This document shows positions 7,737 through 16,479 of a DNA stretch of 32,000 nt, piece after piece (the first letter of the stretch is position 1; every line of letters begins with the position of its first letter). The position numbers were made by a program, and so were the translations under genes. The notes beneath the pieces were generated by a model. The model was given only the letters and a program-made list of their open reading frames with translations, was not told where the DNA came from and made no database searches. The stretch is from the sequence record MN988541.1; one strand, 5' to 3'. Source of the DNA: Rhizobium phage RHph_I65.

Positions 7737-9787
7737 AGAAACCTATCGTCGGTCAGCTGCCGCTCTTTGAGCCGGTAAGTGAGTGGAAAGCGCCCTCAAT
7801 GTCGGATCTTCCGACGTCCTGGGGTAACGGTCGCGTTGGGCTCGATACCGAGTTCAGGGACGATACGTTGTCCACCCTCGGGCCGGGGGTTCGGCGGGGC
7901 GCCTACATCTGCGGCGTATCGTTCGCAATGGAGGATGGCCCCGCCTTCTATCTCCCGGTTCGACACGCTGGCGGCGGCAATCTCGATCCCAATCAGGTGT
8001 TCGCCTATCTGAGACACCAAGCCAAGAATTTCACCGGCACCATCGTCGGCGCGAACCTCCAGACTGAAATCGACTTCCTTGCTGAAGAGGGCGTTGTCTT
8101 CTCCCGCTTGAGCTGGTTCCGAGATATCCAGGTCGCCGATCCTCTGATCAACGAGCTTCATTACAACTACAGCATGGAGCATATCGCTCAGCGCTGGGAT
8201 ATGCCCGGAAAGGATGAGCGCCTGTTGCTGGAAGCGCTTGCCGCCTACGGTTACACCGACCCGTCCGCAAAGTCCGGGATTTGGGCTCTGAAGGCTTCCC
8301 AGGTCGGACCTTACGCCGAGGAAGACGCCCGATTGCCGCTGAAGATCCTGCGCCGCCAAGAGCGAGCGATTGATGAACAGGATCTCTGGGATATCTACAA
8401 CCTGGAGAGCCGGGTGTTACCGGTGCTGGTAAAGATGCGCCGCCGAGGGGTTGCCGTCTCTGAGGACCGGCTCCAGCAGGTCGATCAGTGGAGCCGCGTT
8501 CAGCAGCAAGAAGCTATCGAAGCTGCCAATCACGGTATCGTCAACAAGCTCTCCTTCCACGACATTACCAATTCCAATAAGCTCGCCGTCGTCCTGCGTG
8601 AGCTCGGGGTGGATCTGCCCAAGACGAGGACCGGGAAGGATAGCGTGACCGCCGCGATCCTGGACGGTCTGAATCATCCCATCGGCGCACATCTGCGACG
8701 GGCGAAGAAGATGAGCACGTTGCGGACGACCTTTGTGGACGGCGTGCGAAAGCACCTGACCAACGGTCGCGCTCACTGTACCTTCAATCAGCTGCGCCGG
8801 CAGAAGGACGACGGATCAGGTGAGACCGAGGGCGCCGCCTACGGTCGCTTGTCATCCTCCAACTTCAATTTCCAGAACCAACCGGCCCGCGATCCGGAGA
8901 TTGGTCCAATGTGGCGCTCCATCTATATCCCGGACGGGGATGGTCTTTGGGCAGCGCTCGATTACTCTCAGCAGGAGCCCCGCCAGGCTGTTCACGCTGC
9001 TGTGGAAGCCGGTCCCCGGCTGATCGGCAACTCGGCTTACCTATCGGCCTGCGAAGCCGCCCGCCGGTATCGGGAAGATCCCACGATGGACTTCCACGAC
9101 ATGATGACCAGGCTGATCCACGGCGAGGACTACCTGGAGAAGCACGGCAAGGCCGCGTTCTCGCAGAAGCGAAAGTATGCCAAGCAGGTGTTCCTCGGGC
9201 TGTCCTATGGCATGGGCGGTGCTAAGCTGTGCCGGGATCTCGGATTGCCTACGGCGTGGAAGCTCTCGTGGAAAGAGGGTCGGTCTTGGAGATCGAAGCT
9301 GTATGCGACATATGACGAATGCGCGGCGAAAGCGGCTGACGCTAAGGCGGCGGGCTATGACTGCCGGTATTGGGAAGCCGCCGGGATCGAAGGTCAGGAG
9401 ATCATGGACACCTTCGACGGTCGCGTGCCGTTCGTCCGCAAGATGGCCGATGTCATGCAGAAGGAAGCCGCCAAGAATGGATACATCATCACCCTCGGCG
9501 GTCGCCGGTGCCGGTTCCCCGAGAAGGACGGCGAGTATGAATGGCTCCACAAGGCGTTCAACCGTCGTATCCAAGGCGGCTCGGCGGATCAGACCAAGAT
9601 GGCGATGGTTGAGATGGATGCCCAGGGGTTCGATCTCCAGCTGCAGGTTCACGATGAAGTGGACCTCACGGTGGAGAGCCGAGAACATGCCGAGCGCGGC
9701 GCCTATATCATGGAGAACGTCGTCCAGCTCCACGTTCCAATGAAGGTGGACGTTGAGGTTGGACCGTCTTGGGGTGAGGCGGCTTAG
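7733..9787 (+). CDS. polA: Family A DNA polymerase with 3'-5' exonuclease domain
   Basis: 684 aa; exo motifs 'GLDTEFRD' and 'YAEEDARL'; polymerase motif A 'LDYSQQEPR', motif B 'RKYAKQVFLGLSYGMG', motif C 'HDEVDL'. Confidence 0.92.
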   Translation: MKKPIVGQLPLFEPVSEWKAPSMSDLPTSWGNGRVGLDTEFRDDTLSTLGPGVRRGAYICGVSFAMEDGPAFYLPVRHAGGGNLDPNQVFAYLRHQAKNFTGTIVGANLQTEIDFLAEEGVVFSRLSWFRDIQVADPLINELHYNYSMEHIAQRWDMPGKDERLLLEALAAYGYTDPSAKSGIWALKASQVGPYAEEDARLPLKILRRQERAIDEQDLWDIYNLESRVLPVLVKMRRRGVAVSEDRLQQVDQWSRVQQQEAIEAANHGIVNKLSFHDITNSNKLAVVLRELGVDLPKTRTGKDSVTAAILDGLNHPIGAHLRRAKKMSTLRTTFVDGVRKHLTNGRAHCTFNQLRRQKDDGSGETEGAAYGRLSSSNFNFQNQPARDPEIGPMWRSIYIPDGDGLWAALDYSQQEPRQAVHAAVEAGPRLIGNSAYLSACEAARRYREDPTMDFHDMMTRLIHGEDYLEKHGKAAFSQKRKYAKQVFLGLSYGMGGAKLCRDLGLPTAWKLSWKEGRSWRSKLYATYDECAAKAADAKAAGYDCRYWEAAGIEGQEIMDTFDGRVPFVRKMADVMQKEAAKNGYIITLGGRRCRFPEKDGEYEWLHKAFNRRIQGGSADQTKMAMVEMDAQGFDLQLQVHDEVDLTVESREHAERGAYIMENVVQLHVPMKVDVEVGPSWGEAA

Positions 9788-9803
9788 CAACTGAATAATC
9801 TTT

Positions 9804-9819
9804 CCCCGGTCCCCCGGGG
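9804..9819 (+). promoter_or_regulatory. Intergenic hairpin CCCCGG-TCCC-CCGGGG
   Basis: Perfect 6-bp GC stem between polA and the deaminase gene; no T tract. Confidence 0.4.
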
Positions 9820-9854
9820 CGGATAGCTTACGGATCTCAGAAAGGGAGAATCAC

Positions 9855-10283
9855 GTGGATAAGCAAAGTCACGAATATTACCGCAGGCTCGCCTTTTCCG
9901 AGAGCTGCTTGAGTGACGATCCATCAACCAAGGTCGGCGCGGTCGTCGCTTTCGGTCCCCGATATCATTGGAAGGGTCGCAACCATCTTCTTGAGGGAAC
10001 CCCAAAGGAATACTGGAACGACCGGGATAAGAAATACAAGTTTGTCGTCCACGCCGAGGTTGACGCGATCCGTTCAGCCGCCTTCGGGGTCTACGGGGCG
10101 ACACTCTTTTGCACCGCGCATCCCTGTAAGGAATGCGCCAAGCTGATCGTGGTGTCCGGTATTCGGTGCGTGGTCTGCCCCGAGGAGCCCTGGCGGGACG
10201 ACCCCGCCGTCATCGCAACCGTGAACGACGCCAAGGAGATCTTTGAAACCTGTGGCATCGCGACCGTCTATCACAAGGACTGA
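9855..10283 (+). CDS. dCMP/cytidine deaminase family protein
   Basis: 142 aa; 'HAEVDAI' and 'PCKECAKLI' zinc/catalytic motifs; GTG start preceded by AAAGGGAG. Confidence 0.88.
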   Translation: MDKQSHEYYRRLAFSESCLSDDPSTKVGAVVAFGPRYHWKGRNHLLEGTPKEYWNDRDKKYKFVVHAEVDAIRSAAFGVYGATLFCTAHPCKECAKLIVVSGIRCVVCPEEPWRDDPAVIATVNDAKEIFETCGIATVYHKD

Positions 10284-10284
10284 G

Positions 10285-10698
10285 ATGCCTAACGAAGCTC
10301 AAATGTGGACCCGGCTCCGACCCTGTATGGTTGAGCTCGATATGGATCCACTGCGCATCGAGAACCGTGTTCACGCCGGCACCCCTGACGTCAATTTCGT
10401 TGAGGGGTGGGCTGAGCTGAAGCATACCGACCGGTGGCCCAAACGAGGCGGGCCGCTCAGGCTGGTTCATCCCCCCACACCTCAGCAAATCGTCTGGGCG
10501 ACCCGGCGGTGGAATTGCGGCGGTAATACCTGGCTGGTGCTGCGCGTCGGTCAGGAATGGTACGCCTTCCATGGCAACCGGATCTATGAGCTTTGGGGCG
10601 GCGGGAGAGCGCCGACCAAGACGGAAATTGAGACTACAGCGGCGGCTGCGAGCGTCCACCCCCTGGATATCGCAAGAGCATTGAAGGCAGGCAGATGA
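10285..10698 (+). CDS. VRR-NUC-like (PD-(D/E)XK) nuclease
   Basis: 'ENRVHAGTPDVNFVEGWAELKHTDRWPKRGG' matches the VRR-NUC core (GxPD...ExK). Confidence 0.65.
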   Translation: MPNEAQMWTRLRPCMVELDMDPLRIENRVHAGTPDVNFVEGWAELKHTDRWPKRGGPLRLVHPPTPQQIVWATRRWNCGGNTWLVLRVGQEWYAFHGNRIYELWGGGRAPTKTEIETTAAAASVHPLDIARALKAGR

Positions 10699-13055
10699 TT
10701 AAGGGCGATACCTCGGCAGCAATCCAATTCCTCCAGGCTTGGAGCCCGGACGATCCCTGGCAGTTGACCGCGATTGTTCCGGACGGGCGCGTCACAACCA
10801 CGACATTCGACGGCGAGGACCGGGTAAAGCGCGCTCGCAAGTGGATTGAAGAGCGCAACGGGCGGGAGAATATCTATTTCACCGTCAACCCACTGATCCA
10901 AGCCAAGAACGTCAAGGCGACCAAGACCGAGATCCGCGGCATGCGCTGGCTCCATGTCGATCTTGACCCGCGACCGGGTGAGGATCTTGATGCCGAGCGG
11001 GAGCGGGCTGAGAGGTTGCTGCGGGAATTTAAACCCGCCCCCACAGTCATTATTGACAGCGGCGGCGGGTTCCAAGGTTTCTGGCTCCTGGATCGCGAGC
11101 AGACTACCAACGGCTCGGAAGAGAAAGCCGCCGAGCTGGAGGCTTACAACCTCCAGATTGAAGTGCTCCTCGGCGCCGATAGCTGCCACAATATTGACCG
11201 TATCATGCGCCTTCCCGGGACGGTCAACCTACCGAACGAGAAGAAGCGCAAGAAGGGCCGGATTGAGCGCCTGGCGATCATCGTTGACGAGGATTGGGAT
11301 AGGGTTTACCGGCTTGGGCAATTCACCCCGGCGCCCCGCGTCCAGAGCCGGGAGCCGACCGGAAGCGGTCCCCAGGTCAAGATCTCGGGCAACCTCCCTT
11401 CGATCATGCTGGAGGATCTCCCGCCGGGGGTGTCGTCCCGGACGAAAGCTCTGATCGTGAACGGCAACGATGTGGACGACCCCGGGCGCTATCCCTCACG
11501 ATCTGAGGTTTTGTTCGCCGTTCTCTGCGAGATGATCCGGGGCGGCTGTACCGACGATCAGATTGCGGCGGTCATCATGGATCCGGACTATCGGATCAGC
11601 GATCACGTTCTGGAGCAGCCCAGGCCTCAGTCCTACGTCGCTCGACAGATCCAGCGCGCTCACGAGGAAGCGATTGACCCCTGGCTGCGCAAGCTGAACG
11701 AGGCTCACGCGGTTATCGAAGATATCGGCGGGCGCTGCCGGGTGATATCGGAAGTCATGGACTATTCGTTGAACCGCACCCGGATCTCGCGCCAGTCGTT
11801 TGACGACTTCCGGAACAGGTACATGCACCTGAATACCGTCGTGGGGGTCGATAAGGATGGAAACGAAGTCAAGATGCCAGTCGGCAAATGGTGGCTCCTC
11901 AATTCCGCCCGTCGCCAGTACCGGACAATCATGTTCGCTCCCGGCAAGGAGATCTCGGACAGCTACAACCTTTGGACCGGGTTCGCCTGCGAAGCTCGGC
12001 CTGGCGATTGCTCTAAGCTCCTCAGTCACATCCATGACAACGTCTGTTCCGGCAACGAGGAATACGCCGAGTATCTGATCAACTGGATGGCCCGCTGCGT
12101 TCAGCACCCGGATAGCCCGGGGATGGTCGCCGTCATCTTACGAGGGAGAATGGGCGTTGGTAAGAGTTTCGTCATCAAGGCTTTCGGATCTCTTTGGGGC
12201 CGGCACTTCCTACAGGTATCTGACCCTAAGCATCTCGTTGGATCGTTCAACGCTCACCTCAGAGATTGTGTGGTCCTATTCGGGGACGAGGCTTTCTATG
12301 CGGGCGACAAGAAGCATGAAAGCATTCTCAAGACGATGGTCACCGAAGAAACCATCATGATCGAAGGGAAGGGCGTTGATGCCGAGATCGCGCCGAACTA
12401 CGTTCACCTGATGATGGCGTCGAACGGGGAATGGGTTGTCCCCGCCGGGGTCGATGATCGCCGCTTCTTCGTCCTGGACGTCGGCTCCAGCAAGATGCAA
12501 AACAAGGAATACTTCGCCGATATCCAGAAGCAATTGGACGGCGGCGGTCGTGAGGCATTCCTTCATTATCTGATGACCAAGGATATCAGCGGCTTTGAGG
12601 TGAGGCATTACCCCAAGACGACGGCGCTCCAGGAACAGAAGGTGCTGTCCATGAGCCCCGAGGAGCAGTGGTGGTTCGAAAAGCTCGTTGACGGGACGCT
12701 CCAGGGAGACAGCTGGGCCGGGGAAGTGCCCAAAGCAGAGATTCAGCGCGACTACATCAATTATGCGACGCGGCAGAAGGTCATGCGACCGGCGAGCCCG
12801 ACCGGCTTGGGCAAGTTCCTCCAGCGCGTCCTACCGGCTCAATACCCTCGGGCGTTCCAGAAGATGGGGGAGATTGAATATCAGGACCGGACGGGCATGC
12901 CGATCTACAAGCGGGCCAAGATCTGGTATTACGAATTCCCGAGCCTGGAGCAGGCTCGCAGCTTCTGGGATGAACGTTTCGGCGGGCCGTATGCTTGGCC
13001 GAAGATCCACGAGAACCTTGAAGAAGAAACCAAGGACTCAGACACCCCGTTCTAA
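10695..13055 (+). CDS. Phage primase-helicase (RepB-primase/AEP-like N-terminus, D5/DUF5906-like helicase C-terminus)
   Basis: 786 aa; 'MRWLHVDLDPRPGED' primase-like motif; Walker A 'GRMGVGKSF', Walker B-like 'CVVLFGDEAF'. Confidence 0.82.
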   Translation: MIKGDTSAAIQFLQAWSPDDPWQLTAIVPDGRVTTTTFDGEDRVKRARKWIEERNGRENIYFTVNPLIQAKNVKATKTEIRGMRWLHVDLDPRPGEDLDAERERAERLLREFKPAPTVIIDSGGGFQGFWLLDREQTTNGSEEKAAELEAYNLQIEVLLGADSCHNIDRIMRLPGTVNLPNEKKRKKGRIERLAIIVDEDWDRVYRLGQFTPAPRVQSREPTGSGPQVKISGNLPSIMLEDLPPGVSSRTKALIVNGNDVDDPGRYPSRSEVLFAVLCEMIRGGCTDDQIAAVIMDPDYRISDHVLEQPRPQSYVARQIQRAHEEAIDPWLRKLNEAHAVIEDIGGRCRVISEVMDYSLNRTRISRQSFDDFRNRYMHLNTVVGVDKDGNEVKMPVGKWWLLNSARRQYRTIMFAPGKEISDSYNLWTGFACEARPGDCSKLLSHIHDNVCSGNEEYAEYLINWMARCVQHPDSPGMVAVILRGRMGVGKSFVIKAFGSLWGRHFLQVSDPKHLVGSFNAHLRDCVVLFGDEAFYAGDKKHESILKTMVTEETIMIEGKGVDAEIAPNYVHLMMASNGEWVVPAGVDDRRFFVLDVGSSKMQNKEYFADIQKQLDGGGREAFLHYLMTKDISGFEVRHYPKTTALQEQKVLSMSPEEQWWFEKLVDGTLQGDSWAGEVPKAEIQRDYINYATRQKVMRPASPTGLGKFLQRVLPAQYPRAFQKMGEIEYQDRTGMPIYKRAKIWYYEFPSLEQARSFWDERFGGPYAWPKIHENLEEETKDSDTPF

Positions 13056-13066
13056 TGGTGGAACGG
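13047..13066 (+). promoter_or_regulatory. Hairpin CCGTTC-N8-GAACGG overlapping the primase-helicase stop codon
   Basis: Perfect 6-bp inverted repeat immediately upstream of TCAGAAAAGGAG. Confidence 0.4.
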
Positions 13067-13085
13067 TCAGAAAAGGAGAATTGAA

Positions 13086-13856
13086 ATGGGTAAAGAGATA
13101 ACTGTTGATGTTTTGAAGGGATACTTCAAAGCTCTCGATGCGGGCGACGTTCCGGACCCGGCGACCGCCCTTTACGCCTACTTGCGAATGGATGGGTATA
13201 TTGACGATCCGCTTAAAGGCAGAGAGACTGCGCAAGGACGGATCAACCGGCTGGCAACGGCGCTCAATATCGCCCTACCGATGGACGCCACGTTGAGGGT
13301 GTTTTCGACCGGGACGCGGGTGGAGATCCGACCGGCGAACGGCAATTATTATGATCCGGGGCTCGATCAGGTCGCCGAGTTTTCGAAGGCGTTTGATGCG
13401 CATATCGCGGATGAGCCGGGGGTGCCAAGAGTGGACCGCGCATCTCAGGAGGATATCGAAAACTTCGTCAAGGAGGCAGCGCGGTATGGGCGATGGCTGA
13501 AGGATCTCGCTGCCGGCGCTAAGGCTCGGGGGGACGAGGCAGGAGCCTTATTGTTAATAAGGCTTCAGCTATGCCAGGAGGAGCTTGCCGAGCTGGCAGA
13601 CGCCATGGCTAAGCGCGATATCGTCGGTTGCCTGGACGCTCTTGTGGATATGTCCTACGTCGGTGACGGCACATATCTCTCGCTGGGCCTCGGGCCGTAT
13701 AAGCTCGCTGGGTACGCCGAGGTTCACCGGTCGAATATGTCGAAGCTCGACAATGAAGGCAAACCCATCATCTCTGATGCTGGGAGGGTCATTAAAGGAC
13801 CGAACTACACACCCCCGGATCTTCGCTCTGTTTTGGGCCTACAAGAGGAGAATTGA
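13086..13856 (+). CDS. MazG/phosphoribosyl-ATP pyrophosphohydrolase-like protein
   Basis: 256 aa; 'VAEFSKAFD', 'QLCQEELAELADAMAKRDIVGCLDALVDMSYVGDGTYLSLG', 'EVHRSNMSKL', 'VIKGPNYTPPDL' typical of phage MazG-like/PRA-PH proteins. Confidence 0.78.
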   Translation: MGKEITVDVLKGYFKALDAGDVPDPATALYAYLRMDGYIDDPLKGRETAQGRINRLATALNIALPMDATLRVFSTGTRVEIRPANGNYYDPGLDQVAEFSKAFDAHIADEPGVPRVDRASQEDIENFVKEAARYGRWLKDLAAGAKARGDEAGALLLIRLQLCQEELAELADAMAKRDIVGCLDALVDMSYVGDGTYLSLGLGPYKLAGYAEVHRSNMSKLDNEGKPIISDAGRVIKGPNYTPPDLRSVLGLQEEN

Positions 13857-13857
13857 C

Positions 13858-14571
13858 ATGCACGCAATGCTTGACCTGGAGACGCTTTCGACGTCTCCCC
13901 GGCCCGTCATCCTGACGATTGGCCTGGTTGCTTTCAATACCGATGGAACCGGCCTGCCGGCGCCGGGGATCGAAATAAAGCTTGACCCGCAGGACGGGAT
14001 CAAGGCGGGGCTCGATGTAGACTGGTCAACGGTCTATTTCTGGTTGACCCAAAGCAAGGAAGCCCAGGCAGGGCTTCCGCGTCCCGGGCTCGGGCTCTCG
14101 CTTCCGATGGCGCTGACGGTCGTCAGCAACTGGTTCCGATCCAACGAGATCACTCACGTGTGGTCGAACGGCGCCAGCGCCGACGTTCCCTGGCTGGAAA
14201 GCTCCTTCCGTATATGCGGGATGAAGGTGCCCTGGGGCTATAGCAAGGTGCTGGACGTCCGGACCCTGAAATGGATCACCAACGGCGACGTTGAAAAGCG
14301 CGAGCCCGAGGTTGCTCATAACTGCCTGAGCGATGCTCAGGCACAGGCACTATGGGTCCAGGATATGATGAGGGTCATCAATGGGAAGAAGGGGATGGCG
14401 GCTCCCTGGGAGGAGGAGCGGGAGCCGCCGAAGGCCGAGGCGGGAGGGATGGCCCCGGCTGATTCAACGGTAGACGCTCCCCCAGCCGACGTCAATGACC
14501 GTGTCGTGGTACCTGAAGAGGTTCGGCTGGTGCCCCGGACCATGTATGATGGTCCTGTCAGGGCCGGATAA
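13858..14571 (+). CDS. 3'-5' exonuclease (DnaQ-like / Rv2179c-like)
   Basis: 'MLDLETLSTSPRPVILTIGLVAF' exo I; 'VWSNGASADVPWLESSF' exo II; 'HNCLSDAQAQA' exo III. The ORF-track start at 13585 is inside the MazG-like gene. Confidence 0.82.
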   Translation: MHAMLDLETLSTSPRPVILTIGLVAFNTDGTGLPAPGIEIKLDPQDGIKAGLDVDWSTVYFWLTQSKEAQAGLPRPGLGLSLPMALTVVSNWFRSNEITHVWSNGASADVPWLESSFRICGMKVPWGYSKVLDVRTLKWITNGDVEKREPEVAHNCLSDAQAQALWVQDMMRVINGKKGMAAPWEEEREPPKAEAGGMAPADSTVDAPPADVNDRVVVPEEVRLVPRTMYDGPVRAG

Positions 14572-14600
14572 AATAAAACGACAAGATTGGTTCAACCCAC

Positions 14601-14629
14601 TTGACTTCAGCGGGGATAAGGTCTAAGTT
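14601..14629 (+). promoter_or_regulatory. Candidate sigma70-type promoter (TTGACT-17 bp-TAAGTT)
   Basis: Optimal spacing, in a non-coding gap; overlaps the inverted repeat GGGGATAA(14612-14619)...TTATCCCC(14634-14641). Confidence 0.45.
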
Positions 14630-14665
14630 GGCTTTATCCCCGGTAGTCGGGGTTGGAGAACCGAC

Positions 14666-14812
14666 GTGAAGCGCACTTACACCTACTTCCTGAACTACAT
14701 TCCCTTCGGTTCTTTCCAGGCTTCTAGCCTGCTCGCCGCCATCAAGATCGCTGAAGGGCTCGCTATCGAGCAGGGCCTCAACGCTTCACTCGTAACCGTC
14801 CGCGAAGCTTAA
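14666..14812 (+). CDS. Small hypothetical protein (48 aa), not in the supplied ORF track
   Basis: GTG start preceded by GGAG; translation MKRTYTYFLNYIPFGSFQASSLLAAIKIAEGLAIEQGLNASLVTVREA. Confidence 0.5.
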   Translation: MKRTYTYFLNYIPFGSFQASSLLAAIKIAEGLAIEQGLNASLVTVREA

Positions 14813-14833
14813 ACCAACCTTAGAAATGGAGAA
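14813..14833 (+). repeat. Copy 1 of exact 21-nt leader repeat ACCAACCTTAGAAATGGAGAA
   Basis: Identical to 15175-15195; each lies just upstream of an ATG. Confidence 0.9.
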
Positions 14834-14838
14834 TTGAA

Positions 14839-15135
14839 ATGAACAACGAACGTCGTAAAGCCCTCAAAGCAGTCCGCCACCAGCTGGAAGCTCTCCACGC
14901 CGCCCTTTCCGCCTTCGATATCGACACGATCCATTCCGAGCTGGAAGAGATCAGGGACCGGGAACGGGAAGTTTTCGACGCCATGCCCGAGAGCCTTCAG
15001 AATTCCGACCGGGGTCAGGTATCTTCCGACGCGCTCGATCAGCTGGACGGCGCTCTTGAAGAGCTTGAGGAGCTGAAGGAATTCGCTCAGAAGCTTGAAA
15101 ACGCGGTCGGCGCTATCGAAACAGCCGAAGCGTAA
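14839..15135 (+). CDS. Hypothetical Glu/Leu-rich, probably helical, protein
   Basis: 98-aa ORF with a strong RBS in a repeated leader. Confidence 0.65.
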   Translation: MNNERRKALKAVRHQLEALHAALSAFDIDTIHSELEEIRDREREVFDAMPESLQNSDRGQVSSDALDQLDGALEELEELKEFAQKLENAVGAIETAEA

Positions 15136-15174
15136 GGCGGGCCAAGGCGAGGGGCTTGCGAGCCCTTCATCTTT

Positions 15175-15195
15175 ACCAACCTTAGAAATGGAGAA
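15175..15195 (+). repeat. Copy 2 of exact 21-nt leader repeat ACCAACCTTAGAAATGGAGAA
   Basis: Identical to 14813-14833. Confidence 0.9.
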
Positions 15196-15200
15196 CTACG

Positions 15201-15635
15201 ATGGCCCGCACTGTTGCTGAACTTACTCACCTCATCAAAATGGCTCGCGAGCTGGAAGACTGGGATCTTGTTTCCGCTCTCAACGAGGAGCGCCGCTGCG
15301 CCGAGGTTGACGCTGACGAGGCGATGCTCAAGGAACCGGTCGCCGGCACCTATTTCGTCGGCGTCTATCACATGGATAAAGCCTACGGCGGGCCGGAAGA
15401 AGGCGGCTGGTACTATACCACCTATATGCTCCAACCCGATCAGGCCGTCCATAGCTTCAGCGATATGGAAACCGCGAAGGCTTTCGCGAAGGAGCTGAAC
15501 GAGGGTATATTGGCGAAGGAGAATGAAGGGCTTCCGGAGATCTCGTCGGTCCTTTCGGTCGGACGTCTTATCGCTCGGGCCTTTGAAGGCGAGCTTCCCG
15601 AGATGGAGCCCCTTCACATTCCGAGATACGAATAA
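15201..15635 (+). CDS. Hypothetical protein
   Basis: 144-aa ORF with GGAG RBS. Confidence 0.65.
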   Translation: MARTVAELTHLIKMARELEDWDLVSALNEERRCAEVDADEAMLKEPVAGTYFVGVYHMDKAYGGPEEGGWYYTTYMLQPDQAVHSFSDMETAKAFAKELNEGILAKENEGLPEISSVLSVGRLIARAFEGELPEMEPLHIPRYE

Positions 15636-15646
15636 GGGGAGCCGTC

Positions 15647-15883
15647 ATGAAGATCCAAGTCGTCAAATATAGCTCAGGCCTGTCTCAAGTCCAGGTAGAC
15701 GGTCGCCCCCTCATCGACGGGGCGACCGGTTGGGAGTGGCGGGGACATACGACCGAGCTTGCTCAAGTTGTTAAGGCGCTCCAGGGATGGGACGCTATGA
15801 AGACTGCTGGAATGATCGTCGGCGTTGATATGGGATCGGGCGACCAGACCGCATATTGGGCGCAACGCTACAGGGAGTTTTGA
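15647..15883 (+). CDS. Hypothetical protein
   Basis: 78-aa ORF. Confidence 0.5.
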   Translation: MKIQVVKYSSGLSQVQVDGRPLIDGATGWEWRGHTTELAQVVKALQGWDAMKTAGMIVGVDMGSGDQTAYWAQRYREF

Positions 15884-15884
15884 T

Positions 15885-16019
15885 ATGGAGATGAAAGTTG
15901 CTTGGATCGTCCTGGCGATCTCGATTGCGGTGCTTGTTTGGGCGATCTTCGCCGATCACTCCATGAGCAAGTGCCTTGAAACTCATTCGCAGGAAACCTG
16001 CGTCAACACACTTAGATAG
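15885..16019 (+). CDS. Small predicted membrane peptide
   Basis: Translation MEMKVAWIVLAISIAVLVWAIFADHSMSKCLETHSQETCVNTLR; one hydrophobic helix. Confidence 0.5.
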   Translation: MEMKVAWIVLAISIAVLVWAIFADHSMSKCLETHSQETCVNTLR

Positions 16020-16040
16020 ATCCCGAAGGGAGATCAATCA

Positions 16041-16151
16041 ATGCTCTACGATCTCGCAAATGACATGGTCCATGCCTACCCCTGGGAGGCTATCGGCCTG
16101 ATGGGTTACACCTTCCTCTTGTACGCCGCGACGGCGATCTGGAGGCTGTGA
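16041..16151 (+). CDS. Small predicted membrane peptide (36 aa), not in the ORF track
   Basis: GGGAG upstream; MLYDLANDMVHAYPWEAIGLMGYTFLLYAATAIWRL; TGATG overlap with the next ORF. Confidence 0.45.
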   Translation: MLYDLANDMVHAYPWEAIGLMGYTFLLYAATAIWRL

Positions 16152-16357
16152 TGCTTGGCATCGGCCCAGTTCCCAACACCGGGGATTTTTTCAAGATCCC
16201 TTGTCGCATGAAGATCGTTCCGGAGAACGATCCAAACGATCCCGGCAAATGGGTCCACGTCGCCGTCCGTGAGCGACGGCTCACGCCTAAGACGAATTTC
16301 AACTATCTCAACAGCCTTGTTCCAGGCTATTTTTGCGTCAAAATCGAGAGGCTGTGA
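16151..16357 (+). CDS. Small hypothetical protein
   Basis: 68 aa (MLGIGPVPNTGDFFKIP...); stop/start overlaps on both sides. Confidence 0.5.
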   Translation: MLGIGPVPNTGDFFKIPCRMKIVPENDPNDPGKWVHVAVRERRLTPKTNFNYLNSLVPGYFCVKIERL

Positions 16358-16479
16358 TGCTCCCGACACTCTGGAATTACGATGCTCACCCCTACCTGAC
16401 CTGCGGCGCGATCTATCTTGTTCTTTGCCTCGTCTGCGTCAGCGTCCTGGGACGGATCTTGAAGGAGGATCTGGAATGA
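16357..16479 (+). CDS. Small predicted membrane peptide (40 aa), not in the ORF track
   Basis: MLPTLWNYDAHPYLTCGAIYLVLCLVCVSVLGRILKEDLE; overlaps both neighbours. Confidence 0.45.
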   Translation: MLPTLWNYDAHPYLTCGAIYLVLCLVCVSVLGRILKEDLE

